Shown: in pieces, positions 13,301 through 25,559 of the stretch
Position numbering within the stretch: position 1 is the stretch's first letter
Layout: every line of letters starts with the position of its first letter
Assembly (NCBI GenBank): GCA_964270895.1
Contig: OZ185435.1
Direction: 5' to 3' (one strand)
Origin: Podarcis filfolensis
Lineage: Eukaryota
DNA: 64,000 nucleotides
The notes under the pieces: generated by a model
Told to the model about the DNA's origin: nothing
The model's database searches: none
Seen by the model: the letters and a program-made list of their open reading frames with translations, nothing else
Translations under genes and position numbers: made by a program

Positions 13301-13902
13301 GATTAGGGGGACTAGGCTAGTCCATAAATGTTCTCCTGGTGTCTCCTTCCCAAAGCCTGGGAAGCTTCTGCCCAGCTTAGAGAGGCAGGCGTGATACTCG
13401 CACGTGCAACATTAGGACGTCACATGCACAACGTCACTCCTCCCAACAACTGTCCTCCCAAGCTGGTGCCTTTGGCCCTAACTGTTGCCCTATGAAAAAT
13501 TTCACTGCATGCCGCTGGCACAGACCCTCTGGTGCTCCACATTTCATACTTCAGTTCATAAGCTTATTGCTCTAGCCAAAGGCCATGACAAACACATTTC
13601 ATACAGCCACCTTCCATAAGTTGGAAGATAATGAAAACAATGATGGATGGGGAGAGATCTGGCACACTTGTGCTCACTGCCCATACTCATGTTTTTGCTC
13701 ACCCACAATGTTAACTCTTGAAGAGCACTACAGGTTTTGTAGAAAAATAGACGAAGTACAATGGCAGTTAGTGTTAACTGCACTAATTTATCTGTCAACG
13801 GATGCCAGATTGACAAGGAAAATAAGAGTATATTGAATGTACTGTATACAAAATATCACAATATAACATGTACCAATAATCTGATTGGGATGAGCTTAAA
13901 CA

Positions 13903-13921
13903 ATCTATCTATCTATCTACA

Positions 13922-13964
<43 letters not shown>
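13903..13964. repeat. Compound microsatellite (ATCT)n(AC)n(AG)n
   Basis: Directly visible. Confidence 0.95.
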
Positions 13965-14635
13965 TATCTGGTCAATCTTGAAGTGATTTATACAATCCTA
14001 CAAATTACTATTCAATGTCTCCACATCCAAAAGTTGAATTGTATTGTAATGAAGTTCAGAGTGTAGGTTCTCTGTTAAATCTTGTAGTTGAAAAACTGTG
14101 TACAAGGAAGACTCCGGCCATTCAAGTTATACACTGACATATACAGGCAACTTAATGCTCAACAGTTAGGTCAGTCCCTGCCTTGCGAGGGCGCCCAGCT
14201 TCTGGTGAAATGCTGACTCAGATACTAATTCTGTGCTGCATTATATAGCCGCCGCCACCCCCAACCTGGTGGAAATTTAAAGGGACCATTGCAGTCCATT
14301 ACACTCTGGGATTGTATACGGTAAAAATCACAGGAACAATTAACAAGAAACTACTCAGATCCAAACTGAGAATTAGACCTTTGGGAATTCAGATGGAAAA
14401 TCCATCTGGCTTTCAATTGCAACATAATCTTCCTTGCATCTGGTCTGTTGTATGGGTGTGGTCTATACACTTGGAGAACCACAGCATATATATATATATC
14501 CTCATCTGTGTGACTATGTTGCATGTAGTGTTGTACCATTGATGCTTCCAAATTTTGGTGTCTAATTCTGGACACATGCTCTAAAATCCTGATTCATATA
14601 GAACGGAGTGTGATACTCACAAATGTCTTGCTGAC

Positions 14636-14789
14636 CAGGCAAGTCCAACAGGTAGATCATGATCTACTAGTAGATCGCGAGGTGTTCCTGGTAGATCCTG
14701 GTTGATTGTCCATCCAACAACAATTGATAGATCACTGCCAGTTTTTTTATACTGTGAGTAGATCATCTATTGGGAGTTGGACGTCCCTG
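14636..14789. mobile_element. Probable hAT MITE with internal GTAGATC repeats
   Basis: Imperfect TIRs caggcaagtccaac / gttggacgtccctg; no matching TSD found. Confidence 0.5.
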
Positions 14790-17088
14790 CCACACACCAC
14801 CCGTGATGTTTGACAAGTCGAAAAATGGTTCAGTTGCCACATATGTCCTGTTTGGGGATCTGTAAATTCTTTGGCATTGAGCGCCATAGGGCAGATCCGA
14901 CAATGTCCACATTAAAAATGAGCCCCTGATTGTGTTAGGTGATGTCTCTAGTTGAAGAATGTCTGATCTGGTTATGGATTCTTTGATGGTTTTGCCTCTC
15001 CTAATCACCAATGCTAGCCATGCTCCGAGAAGATGCATTGAAATCAATAGACTCAAGTAACTGAAGTCCATTAATTTTAATGGATCTGCTCGGAGTATGA
15101 TAGAGTAGGAATTCACCCAAGGTCTCCATATATCTTTCAAACTACAACAGCAGTCTGAACCAATTATTCTTGGGTATCAAATGACCAGGATTTAGGTGTC
15201 AATTTTGTTATCTTCTCCATTGAATATTACAGGAGTGCATTTTAGAAGAGTCTAAATAACTAAAATAAATCAAGGGTGGTCATATTATCAAAGTGCAACC
15301 AGCCACACAGAAGGCTGTATTTTGATGTTAGAGCTTAGAGGGGTAACTTTCCTAGTCCTCCTCCCTCTCTTCAAATTGGCCTCTGGTGATAGATTAATGA
15401 AGTTGAACTGAATGAGAAGGAGTGAATATAATTTTAATTTCACTCCCAGTATTTTAAAACAAGGATTGGCATGGGACTGCCAATATAAAGGAGGGTTTTT
15501 ATAAACCTATCATTTTGAAATATGCCTTCTTTCAGCAGGGCCTTGGAAGTCACTTTGCCAACTAATACACTTCATAAAGGCAGTGCAAAATCCAATGCTG
15601 AACTTTCTTTATGTGGAGTGAAAAAAGAGGGGAGCAGTGCTTGTTATCGGTGTGGTACAGTGTACTGTTCCAACAGCTGAATTGCAATAAATATTTTCAA
15701 AAGAAAATAGCACCATTCCATTTGTTCATGATTTGGTCTGGGAGGATTATCAGCAGTTTTCTTTGAACACCGGGGTGGATAGAAATGGAACATGGCTTTC
15801 CCTGCCCCTTAATCCTATGGAAAGCAAACACAATGGCTGTGTTTGGACGTCATGAGAAGCCATGGAATAAGCCAAAGCAAGCCTGGGGATCATGCTTTCC
15901 ATACACATCCCTGGATGGCTGCAAGGATGAGTTCAGAGCTTGTTTTTGTCTGTTTTTCATTAACTGGAACTTCTTGTGTTGTTCAAATCTGACAAATGGT
16001 GGTTAATCTGAACTATGGGCTGTTTGGGGAAAAAAATCAAATGTGGGAGAAAGCTTTGGGGGGAATAAAAAGAACATATCATGGATGATACAGTTGGCTT
16101 TTTTCAACAGTAAGGTTTGGATGGAACACTAAACTGTGGCTAATTGAAAGCAGAACAAGAAGCTTCTGATCTCCTCATGGCTGCCGCAGAGGAGGAAATA
16201 AGCAGCATCTAGCCTCATTCCTGTCATAGAAGCATAGAATAGTTAAGTTGGAAGGGATCACAAGGGCCATCTGGTTCCGCAGTGCAGGAATCCTACTCAC
16301 AGCCATTTGAACCACCAACCTTCTGGTTAACAACCAGATGCATTGACCCACTAAACCATGGTTCATTGCAATGTGCAAACACAACCAGGGCCTTCCCATC
16401 TCACTACCCACAGTATGAATTCGCTGTAAGTCTTAAGCTTTTACTCACCTACCTTTATAACAACACCCCTCTCATTCTTTCTGCCACAGTTAAAGTAGGA
16501 GGCAAGAGCAGGGGAGGATCTGATTTTAAGCCTGCTTTTTTAAAAAAAAAAACTCATTAGTTTCCTACTGCTAATTTTATTTAGCTACTTTTGGTTCAGG
16601 GTTTATTCCTTTTGTGCAGCCCACACATTCTTGGACTGCTTTGTGTGGCTTCTCATTTCAGGTACAGGGGTGACCAATTACAAGTGACCAGGGGATTCAG
16701 CTGGGTATCAGCCAGTGGGGAAGCATTTGTCACTTCAGCTATTGAAGAATGTTAGGGGGACAGCTGCTGCCATTGCATCAAAGGATGAAGTGGGAGCAGC
16801 CTACCCCAGTTGTTCTTAATCTATCTTGGCAGAAACTGTAGGGGGGGAAATGCATGCAGTCTTGGATTGATCCACATTGCTCAAGTCTGTAAGGCAGTTA
16901 TTTCCCGGGGTTAGGATAGCTTGGATAGAAACGTTGCCTAAAAGGGCATAGTGGTATAAGCTCTGCCAATTTGGATACGACAAAGAGGAAAGCAAATAAG
17001 GATATTTGGAGAGAGAAATATATTTATATTAGACTGGAAAATCTACTAGTTAAACAGGTAGGCCTAATGTAGGGTGCTAGATGCTATG

Positions 17089-17664
17089 TGATCACTGCAG
17101 ATGGTGACAGCAGTCACGAAATTAAAAGACGCCTGCTCCTTGGGAGAAAGGTGATGGCAAAACTAGACAGCATCTTAAAAAGCAGAGACATCACCTTACC
17201 AACAAAGGTCCGTATAGTTAAAGCCATGGTTTTCCCAGTAGTGATGTATGGAAGTGAGAGCTGGAGCACAAAGAAGGCTGATCGCCGAAGAATTGGTACT
17301 TTTGAATTATGGTGCTGGAGGAGACTCTTGAGAGTCCCATGGACTGCAAGAAGATCAAACCTATCCATTCTTAAGGAAATCAGCCCTGAGTGCTCACTGG
17401 AAGGACAGATCATGAAGCTGAGGCTCCAATACTTTGGCCACCTCATGAGAAGAGAAGACTCCCTGGAAAAGACCCTGATGTTGGGAAAGGTTGAGGGCAC
17501 AAGAAGCAGGGGACGACAGAGGACGAGATGGCTGGACAGTGTTCTCGAAGCTACAAACATGAGTCTGACCAAACTGTGGGAGGTAGTGGAAGACAGGAGG
17601 TCCTGGTGTGCTCTGGTCCATGGGGTCACGAAGAGTCGGACACAACTAAACGACTAAACAACAA
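17089..17664 (+). mobile_element. BovB (RTE-clade) LINE, 5'-truncated, ORF still open for 189 codons
   Basis: ITADGDSSHEIKRRLLLGRK...LRLQYFGHLMRREDSLEKTLMLGK...GVTKSRTQLND is the BovB ORF C-terminus; tail taaacaacaa. Confidence 0.95.
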
Positions 17665-17703
17665 GATGTTATGTGTTCAGTGGTCTGTGTTTGCCTGAGC
17701 GTG

Positions 17704-17800
17704 AGTGATCATGGAGCCCAAGAAAGTAAAATCTCTCACTGCCTCCATTTCTTCCCCTTCTATTTGCCAGGAGGTGATGGAACCAGTGGCCATGATCTTC
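17704..17800 (-). mobile_element. BovB fragment immediately 5' of the 17089 breakpoint, inverted
   Basis: Reverse complement reads aagatcatggccactgg...ttcttgggctccatgatcact, which joins onto tgatcactgcagatgg at 17089. Confidence 0.85.
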
Positions 17801-18224
17801 GGTCCCCCCCCCCACACTTTTTTTGTTTGTTTTTCGTTGCAGTGTGTTTTACGTTGGTTTCAGTGCATGTGCTGGTTTTTGTAAGCTGCGTTTAGTTACA
17901 CTCTCTCTCTCTATATATATATATGCAACTAATAAATTCTAATAACAATAGGAATAATCCTATTATTATATGAAGTACTGATTTTAAGGGAGCTCTGAAC
18001 ATGACTACCACTAGTCTCCCATCTTGTCATCCACCACACCTTGTTTAGTTTGTCTTTAGCTCTACCTTTAGCTCTACCTTTTCCTTTGCCAAGGAGGTGC
18101 GGACTGGTGTTCATGTACAGTTCACATACAATTCCTTTCACAACCCCACCATTTTGAGGCATCTCCCTGCAGTAGGCATAGATATCACTGAAAATAGAAA
18201 AGTTTGGTACCACTCTAAAAACAT

Positions 18225-18305
18225 GTTGTTGTTGTTTAGTCGTTTAGTCGTGTCCGACTCTTCGTGACCCCATGGACCAGAGCACGCCAGGCACTTCTGT
18301 CTTCA
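18225..18305 (-). mobile_element. BovB/Sauria 3' tail insertion (81 bp)
   Basis: BovB terminus in reverse; 11-bp TSD tctaaaaacat (18214-18224, 18306-18316). Confidence 0.9.
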
Positions 18306-18496
18306 TCTAAAAACATATGGTAATATATATTCTTAAGTACTGCTTAGGAAATAAATTACCTGGTTTTTATGTAAGAGTGTGTGCGGGGGGAATCACAGTT
18401 ACTTAATTTTTTAGTAAGCTAATGAGGATAACAAACTAGATGCGTTTGTTAGTCTGTAGCTAGAATCTATTACCCTGAGTCTCTAAAGAACAAACT

Positions 18497-18791
18497 TGTT
18501 ATGTACTGATGTTCTCACCCTGGGCCAGCAGGGGGACACTGTAGATAGTTATGCAAATGAAGGATCGAAAGTGACGTTCTGTGATTGGATAGTTTGTATG
18601 CAAATGAAGGATCGAAAAGTGACGTTCTGTGATTGGATAGTTTCAGAAAGTTGCAACAGTTACAATTGTTCTGGAGCTCTATATAAGCAGGCTGACTGAG
18701 CTCCTCAGTTAGTTCTGTTCTGGCATCTGAATAAAGAAGAGCTGTTTGAAGAATCGCTGTGTCGTCTGATATGTTCACCCACAACTTAACA
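18497..18791 (+). mobile_element. Solo LTR (Gypsy or BEL/Pao type), 295 bp
   Basis: TGTTA...TAACA termini, 5-bp TSD aaact, TATATAA 18680, AATAAA 18730; same family as 58057-58349. Confidence 0.9.
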
Positions 18792-20066
18792 AAACTAACA
18801 TAGTTGTCTGTAATGAAGCTATACTGATTTCATTCAATAGGAAGATTATCACTCTTTTGGGATGAGAGAGGGCAGGGGGCTAACCTGACAGAAACCCACA
18901 TCACCCCTAGTGACATATTCAGCAAAAATTATGCTTTCAACACATTCTACTTTTTCACTTTGTTGGTTGAACAGATTGCTGATTTTTTTGAAAAAAATAA
19001 AACACACACATACACAAAACCCATTGCATTAGTCCCCTTATCTGAATTTGCAAGCTGTTTGCAAACAGCAAACTGGATGGTTTGAGATTTTCATAAATAT
19101 TCACTGTCCTCTTTTTATTGGAAAAAAGTCTCCAATAAATTTGGTATCCAAATTTATAGTGATTATTCTCTCTGAAAACATCATTCTCTGCAGCAAAGAT
19201 AAATGTAGGAGAAAGCTTTTGGGGAAATAAAATAGCCAACCTTCTGCCAAGTCATCAGCTTTGTTCACAAACCAGCAAACATTCCAATATGCTGATATAT
19301 TCAAATTCTATCAACTTACTTGTTAAAAAACAAAAACCTTTTCATTTCCCCTTTTGCAAGCTTAAGCAAATTAGCTACAAACAGAAATATATGATGGTAT
19401 AATACAACTGAAATGGAAATAATAAACTATAAAAAATTGGTCTTTTGCCATGGAATTTCTCCAGGGGTTTCAAAAATCTATCCTCATTGGCTGAAAACTC
19501 AGAGACATCAGTGGCTGGCTGCTTCCCTTATCTGCTTGAGATTGAAATGCGTAATTCAAGAAGGCCAGCAATTTGCAAGAGAAATGGTTGAAGCACCACA
19601 CCTCCTATATTTACTTTGAAACACTTTTGGCTGTTATCAATCTGATCACTCAACAAATTCTGTTGAGATACTTGGACACATCCCAAGAGTTCTTGAAAAC
19701 ATGGAGAGAGAGAAATCAACATTAACATTTGATGGATTGTTGTTGTTTTTAACATTTTAGTTAGGGGAAAATATGTGGTATACGATAATTTTAATATTAA
19801 TAACAACAACAACTACAAGAGCATGTACAATTATAAAAATGACCTGCTATTTTGGAGGAGTTGCCCTCCACCTGAAGGAACAGATAAGTACTCCACGAGT
19901 ACCCCTGGATTCCAATCTGTTATTGGGGTGGCTGGTTCACCAGTTATAATTATTCCTAGATCTGAGTAGGCTGGCCTCAGTTCTCCATACATTAGTGACA
20001 TTCTGCTTAGACTGCTGTAGTGTACTGCACATGGGGCTAGTCTTGAAGTCCCAGAGATTAAAACTC

Positions 20067-20067
20067 C

Positions 20068-20109
<42 letters not shown>
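20067..20109. repeat. (CT)n(CA)n microsatellite
   Basis: Directly visible. Confidence 0.95.
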
Positions 20110-23100
20110 TTTCATTGCTGATTGGCTGGTTTTCATTTAAAAGCACAGAAAGAGAGACAAACTGTTGGAGGAGGGGGACATAAGTGGGTGTCACATTGAG
20201 TTTGGTCCCAGTCTGCAGTTATCTTTAGGATTTCCCGTCTTTTTCCATTCTGTTACATCAGTAACCTCTGCTGCCCCTCATTCCCTCACTTGCGAAACAG
20301 ATTTAGTGCAACTGAGCAAACTCTACTTTGCAGCAAGTAAGACAAGGCAACTGGAGGTGAAGTGGAACAAAGTGAAGGTGGCAGGGTGTGACCTAGCTGT
20401 ATCAAGGATTCTGTGCCTGTGTAAAAGGGCTGTAATAGACCTCGGTGGAGGTCTGAGATGGAAACATCAATGACAGCACAAAAAGCTTAAATCCTAAGGA
20501 GAGAAAAGGTGCTGCTGAGGGTAATTAATGAGTGAAACGGACTAGATATAAACACCATCTTCTACTCAATCAGCTCTTGTTGCTGCATTTACTGTTGCAT
20601 AGCTCCAGTTGCCAATTCAGTACAGGCACCCTAAATGTCATTAACGGGTTGAATTCAACATTGCATGAATGGGAAGCAGATCGAGTAACTGATTTTTACT
20701 TTCTCCATGCTCTCCCTTACAGCCCCTTAATTTCCTCAAAATTCCTTCAGGGGATGGAGTGGGCAAATTTAAAGAACATTATGGGCTGTGTCTTACAGGG
20801 CTTCTATTTAAACTGAAATTGGATAGAGGAACCTTTCACCAGTGGAGTGCAAGATTTCTGCTCCTGATTTGGAGATGTCCTCTCCCACTGCAATACCCTC
20901 TTAGAGATCCAGAGAGGTCTATTCCAGCTTAGGAGAGCCCTAGCCATGATTTTAAAAAAATATAAAAATCACAAAATGCAATAATGAGGAATTATTCCTC
21001 AGTCAACTAAACTTAACTATAAGAACTACAAGGTCTCATCCACACTGCTCATTTATAGCTCACTTCTACCACTTCAACCAGCATTGCTTTCCTCAAAGAG
21101 TCTCAGGAACTATAGTTTGATAAGAGCATTGAGCTGTTAGGAGACCCCTCACAATGCTACAATTTCCAGCTTCCTGGGAACCAACCACAGTCCTCCGGAT
21201 CTTAACCGAGTCCTCTGAGCTGTCTAGTTCACTTATCAGATGACACCTGCCCGCTTCTCCCATTCCATCTCTGTTGACTGAAGCTTCAACAGGACCTGGA
21301 GGCCAATAGTGCTCTGACAAAACAGGTTACTTATGGGTATTAAGAGACACAATATGGTCTGTCACAAGTCTTCACAGCAATTAAGTTGTATGGAGAGCCA
21401 GGATGTTAAATAGAATTCACTTGCTCTGATTTAGCAAATCATTTATGTTTGAGGCGGTAAACAGACATGAGTATCAGTAAAAAGCCATGAGTATCAGGAA
21501 ACAAACAAATATGGGAATGATATTTTAACTCTGGCAATCAAAGGTCACCCCTTCAATCCAATTATATCTGCCAGGTTTTGTTTTGTTTTAATGTTATCTA
21601 ATAAGATGAGGAAGGGCAAGGAGATGTTCATAGGCATATCTGGCGGCCTTAACCCACACCCTTTCCCACAAGGGACTCTCTCTTCCTTCCATGTTATTAC
21701 AACAAATAGAACATCTCCAAATGTAAAGAAATTCAGCATGAAAAGCTACTTCATTATTGCACACAGCTAGGAATAGAAAATTTCCCCTGAGTTCTGAGCA
21801 GCCAAAAAATGTAGAATGGTGCTGTGCTTTGCTTTGTTTTCATCTCTGTATCAAGAGTGAAGCACGATTCTGGGGTGAAGGAAAGAGGGGGGACTTGTTT
21901 AAAGAGAAAATATTTGCCCCGTCTACATGAAATTCTTTTATCATCAGGAGCAGAACAACAAAGATTTCACTGACGGATCCATTTTAAAGATGGTACGGGA
22001 GCCCCAGGCAATTTCTTAATCAAAGAGAATACTTCCATGGGTTACCTTCAGATCTTATTGACTTTGACTGGGGCACAAATATTGTTCCGTGGCCAAGTTT
22101 TTTATTTGGTATTATTATTATTGGGCACAATCCCTGTGTGTGTTTATCTTGTGAAGGTCAGGACGATCTCTTATTGGCAGCTGAAGAACTTGACTATAAT
22201 TTACTGTTACATGCAGTGTTCAGTGGAACGGATATTCATAAAGGGCAGGAATAGATGGTTTTCACTAAAAGGAAACAAAAGTCAATACAGCTTTGTAGAA
22301 CCAAAGTTATTTTTATCACTCTAGACTTCTTCTTCTGAACTAGCTACAATGTCTTTCATGTGACAGTTCACAAACCCCTCAAAGAAGCAACAACTCAACT
22401 GCACAAAACCATTGAATGACACACAATGGGTTCAAAACAGCTCTTTTGGAAAGAAGATTTAGTGACTGGTTGAGGTGAGATAGGCAATGGATATCCACTT
22501 GTCCACATCTAGGCCACCAATGTGTCATCTTGCTCCCCTTCGCATAATTTTTCATCCTTCACATTTTCTCAAGTAGGTGGGCTACCTTTGGATTAATAAG
22601 ACTTTTGGGGAACATTTCCATTTGTGAAGACTTCCTCAAAAGTATAATTAATGAACTTTTGATGCAACCCATTAAGACCCCACTAAACTACATTCTGCCC
22701 CGTCTTGCATTTGAGATGTGAAAATCAGCTCCCCATTCTCAGAAGATTGCCTATTGCTGGGTTACAACTGGGCAAACGTCAGCCCAGCAGGATCTGGCTG
22801 CAAATTATAGCACCAGCACTTTGAGGAGTCTGCCCTCCTCTGCTCCTGTCTCCCAAATAACCTCCCTCAGCAGGGCCCACCTTGTGACATCACCAGGGGC
22901 TTCCCCTGGGTCTCAGGTTTGAAATATCAGGATCTGGGATGCTCCTGACCTGGCAACCCTACTCTGGAGGTAGTTTAGAAGAGGTGTGGACTGGCACTGT
23001 GAAGTGGCTGAATAATGAAGTGAATTGAGGTGATTTGAAGGTCTTTTCCCTCCGCCCGTGCAAGTGAAATGTCAGTAACCCACCCAGCTAGATCCATAGA

Positions 23101-23329
23101 TCTTACTTTCTCAAAAGTAAAGCTGTGGAAAATGTTGCCTGCAAAATACTGAATGACTCTGGATTGTCTTTTGTCGAAGCACAGCAGAGGAGGATTTCTT
23201 TTTCCCCAAAATGAGCTTCATTTGGTGTGGTTTTTTTTTAAAAAATATCCTATATTGTGCCACATTAACAAGCAACAAGAGAGCTGTTCAGAACTCTGTG
23301 AGCTATGTTCTAGACAGCTTCACTTTATA

Positions 23330-23850
23330 AGGCCTATCAGAGGCCTGTAACAGCTTAAACCTCTCAGAGCTATCATAGGACACAAGCAGCCACAGTAATA
23401 GAAAGGCCAGTGTGAAGCTGCAAAGTTGTTAGGTTTCCCCCTGAAAAAAGATGTAAAAACAATAATATACATCACATGGACACCTCTTGATTATTTTAAA
23501 GTAAGAAAGAGCAAGATAAAATCTGTCCCCCTCATACAGTATTATGGAAAGGACAGTGAATCCCTTTTACTTCCCCCACAAAACGCTCCTGGAGCTATGA
23601 GACTGCAATTTGGCAGGTTTTATCCGCTCTAGACGGGCTCCTGTGCCTGTACATGTCATCCACTTTGGACGAAAGGCAAAATGATAGCAGTTCTTAGATT
23701 CTACATTATGATGAACAAGGACAACAAAGTTTCATTTTACACAGAGCAGCTCAGGATCCAAAACACAGATCAAAGCTGAGAGAACAGAGCATCTCTCAAA
23801 CTGATCAGAATTTTTTTTAAAATGTACAAATTCAAGTTAAGTCTTGGGGC
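23330..23850. repeat. Unclassified duplicated block, copy A (paralog of 42205-42705)
   Basis: Five colinear high-identity blocks, e.g. 23402-23430 vs 42260-42288 identical at 28 of 29 positions. Confidence 0.85.
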
Positions 23851-23984
23851 CCATAAACAGACCAAGTATATCACCATCAAGACACGGAAAGTCTTATCCT
23901 CCATTAATTGTCTATATCCTCTGTAAAATTACCAATTGGTGGCCATCACAGTAAATTGCGTAAATGAATTTTACATAATTTACC

Positions 23985-24397
23985 ATGCACTGTGCAAGGA
24001 AGTACTTTCTTTCACCCTTCCTGAATGTCCCACCACTGAGCTTCATTTGATGGTTCTGAGTTCCAGCATTATGAGAGACAGAGAGAAAAAATCACTTTCC
24101 ATACACCATTCATAATTGTACAGTCATGCCTTGGAAGTCAAACAGCCTACTTCTCAAATGTTTCAGCTCCCAAACGATCGAAACCCAGAAGTGACTGTTC
24201 TGGTTTTTGAACATTCTTTTGGAAGCTGAACGTTCGACGGGGCTTCCGCTGCTTCTGATTGGCTTCAGGAGCTTCCTGCAGCCAATCAGAAGCCACACTT
24301 TGGTTTTCGAATGTTTTGGAAGTCAAACGGACTTCTAGAACGGATTCCGTTCAACTTCCAAGGTAGGACTGTATATCCCTCAGTCATATCCTCACTT

Positions 24398-24400
<3 letters not shown>
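23985..24400 (-). mobile_element. Degenerate CR1-like LINE 3' fragment, interrupted by a MITE
   Basis: Resembles the related fragments at ~46040-46260 and ~61540-61680; family assignment from recognition only. Confidence 0.5.
24121..24371. mobile_element. Tc1/mariner (Tigger-like) MITE
   Basis: TIRs cagtcatgccttggaagt / acttccaaggtaggactg; TA on both flanks. Confidence 0.85.

Positions 24401-24450
<50 letters not shown>
24401..24450. repeat. (TC)n microsatellite
   Basis: Directly visible. Confidence 0.95.
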
Positions 24451-24453
<3 letters not shown>

Positions 24454-25317
24454 CAAACTAAATAAACCCAAAATTTGTAACCTTTGACATTTGGTCCCTG
24501 GGCCTAAGACTCCCTTCTCCTGCCTCAGGGAACTTTGGTTGATTTTGCTTTCCCTTCATGCTATGCTCAAAACAAATAGCAAAAGATCGGTTTTGGTGCA
24601 TATACAGCCTCGTTCCAAAACTCAAATGACTCTCACTAGAAGCAAATGCTCACACAATTTGATGTACTTATGAATATATATTCTCCTTATTCTCTTCAGT
24701 TACTGCTGCCTTTTATTCCATGTTTGATTTTTATAAGTCTGCATTAATAAATATTGCTATCTGGGTGGAGAGATTTCCAAGATATGATAGAGCTCAGATG
24801 TCCATTTCATATTACAAATATTCACTCCGGTTAAGATATATTTCTAGATTAACTAAAGAGGAAGAATTTGCTGTGGCAAGGAGAATCTATTTCCCTACCA
24901 TGCACCAGGGAAATCATTTCCAGGACGCCTATTATTCTGAGTTTTACCATTATTAATCCACCAGCTTGTCAATGGAACAGTAGCTTTCAGCACCTTTTTT
25001 ATCAATGTATCATTACTTCGTCTTAGAAAGGTCTGGGAAGCCAATAAATGAAAAAAAACTAAATGGCTGAATCTCTCAACAGTTATAATTGAACTTTGCT
25101 GTAAAATGTAAGGTGAATATGTTCTAAAATAGGCTGGGCTGTTAAAAAGTTTAAGCAGGGTAATGCTCAGCAAGCGTTATTTCTTCCTCCACATCACTAC
25201 AAGACTTTAAACCGCTGAACTATCTAGAACCTACTGGAGGTTGCCATCCTTTGCTGCAGCTTTGTTTTGTATTTTTCCGTTGTGAACCGCCCTGGAATCT
25301 CTGGATGGAGGGCAGTA

Positions 25318-25559
25318 CAGTGGTACCTCAGGTTAAGTACTTAATTTGTTCCGGAGGTCCGTTCTTAACCTGAAACTGTTCTTAACCTGAAGCACCACTT
25401 TAGCTAATGGGGCCTCCTGCTGCTGCCGTGCCGCTGGAGCACAATTTCTGTTCTCATCCTGAGGCAATGTTCTTAACCCAAGATACTATTTTTGGGTTAG
25501 CAGAGTCTGTCACCTGACGCGTATGTAACCTGAAGAGTATGTAACCCGAGGTACCACTG
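25318..25559. mobile_element. Tc1/mariner (Tigger-like) MITE
   Basis: TIRs cagtggtacctc / gaggtaccactg, TA TSD; same family as 50996-51226 and 60853-61078 but in opposite orientation. Confidence 0.9.

Noticed and set aside
20165-20473. ORF ending ...DLGGGLRWKHQ, reminiscent of the SVIP C-terminus (GGLRW)
   Set aside because: Similarity is limited to about five residues; the upstream sequence lacks the SVIP charged helix and shows no retrocopy hallmarks
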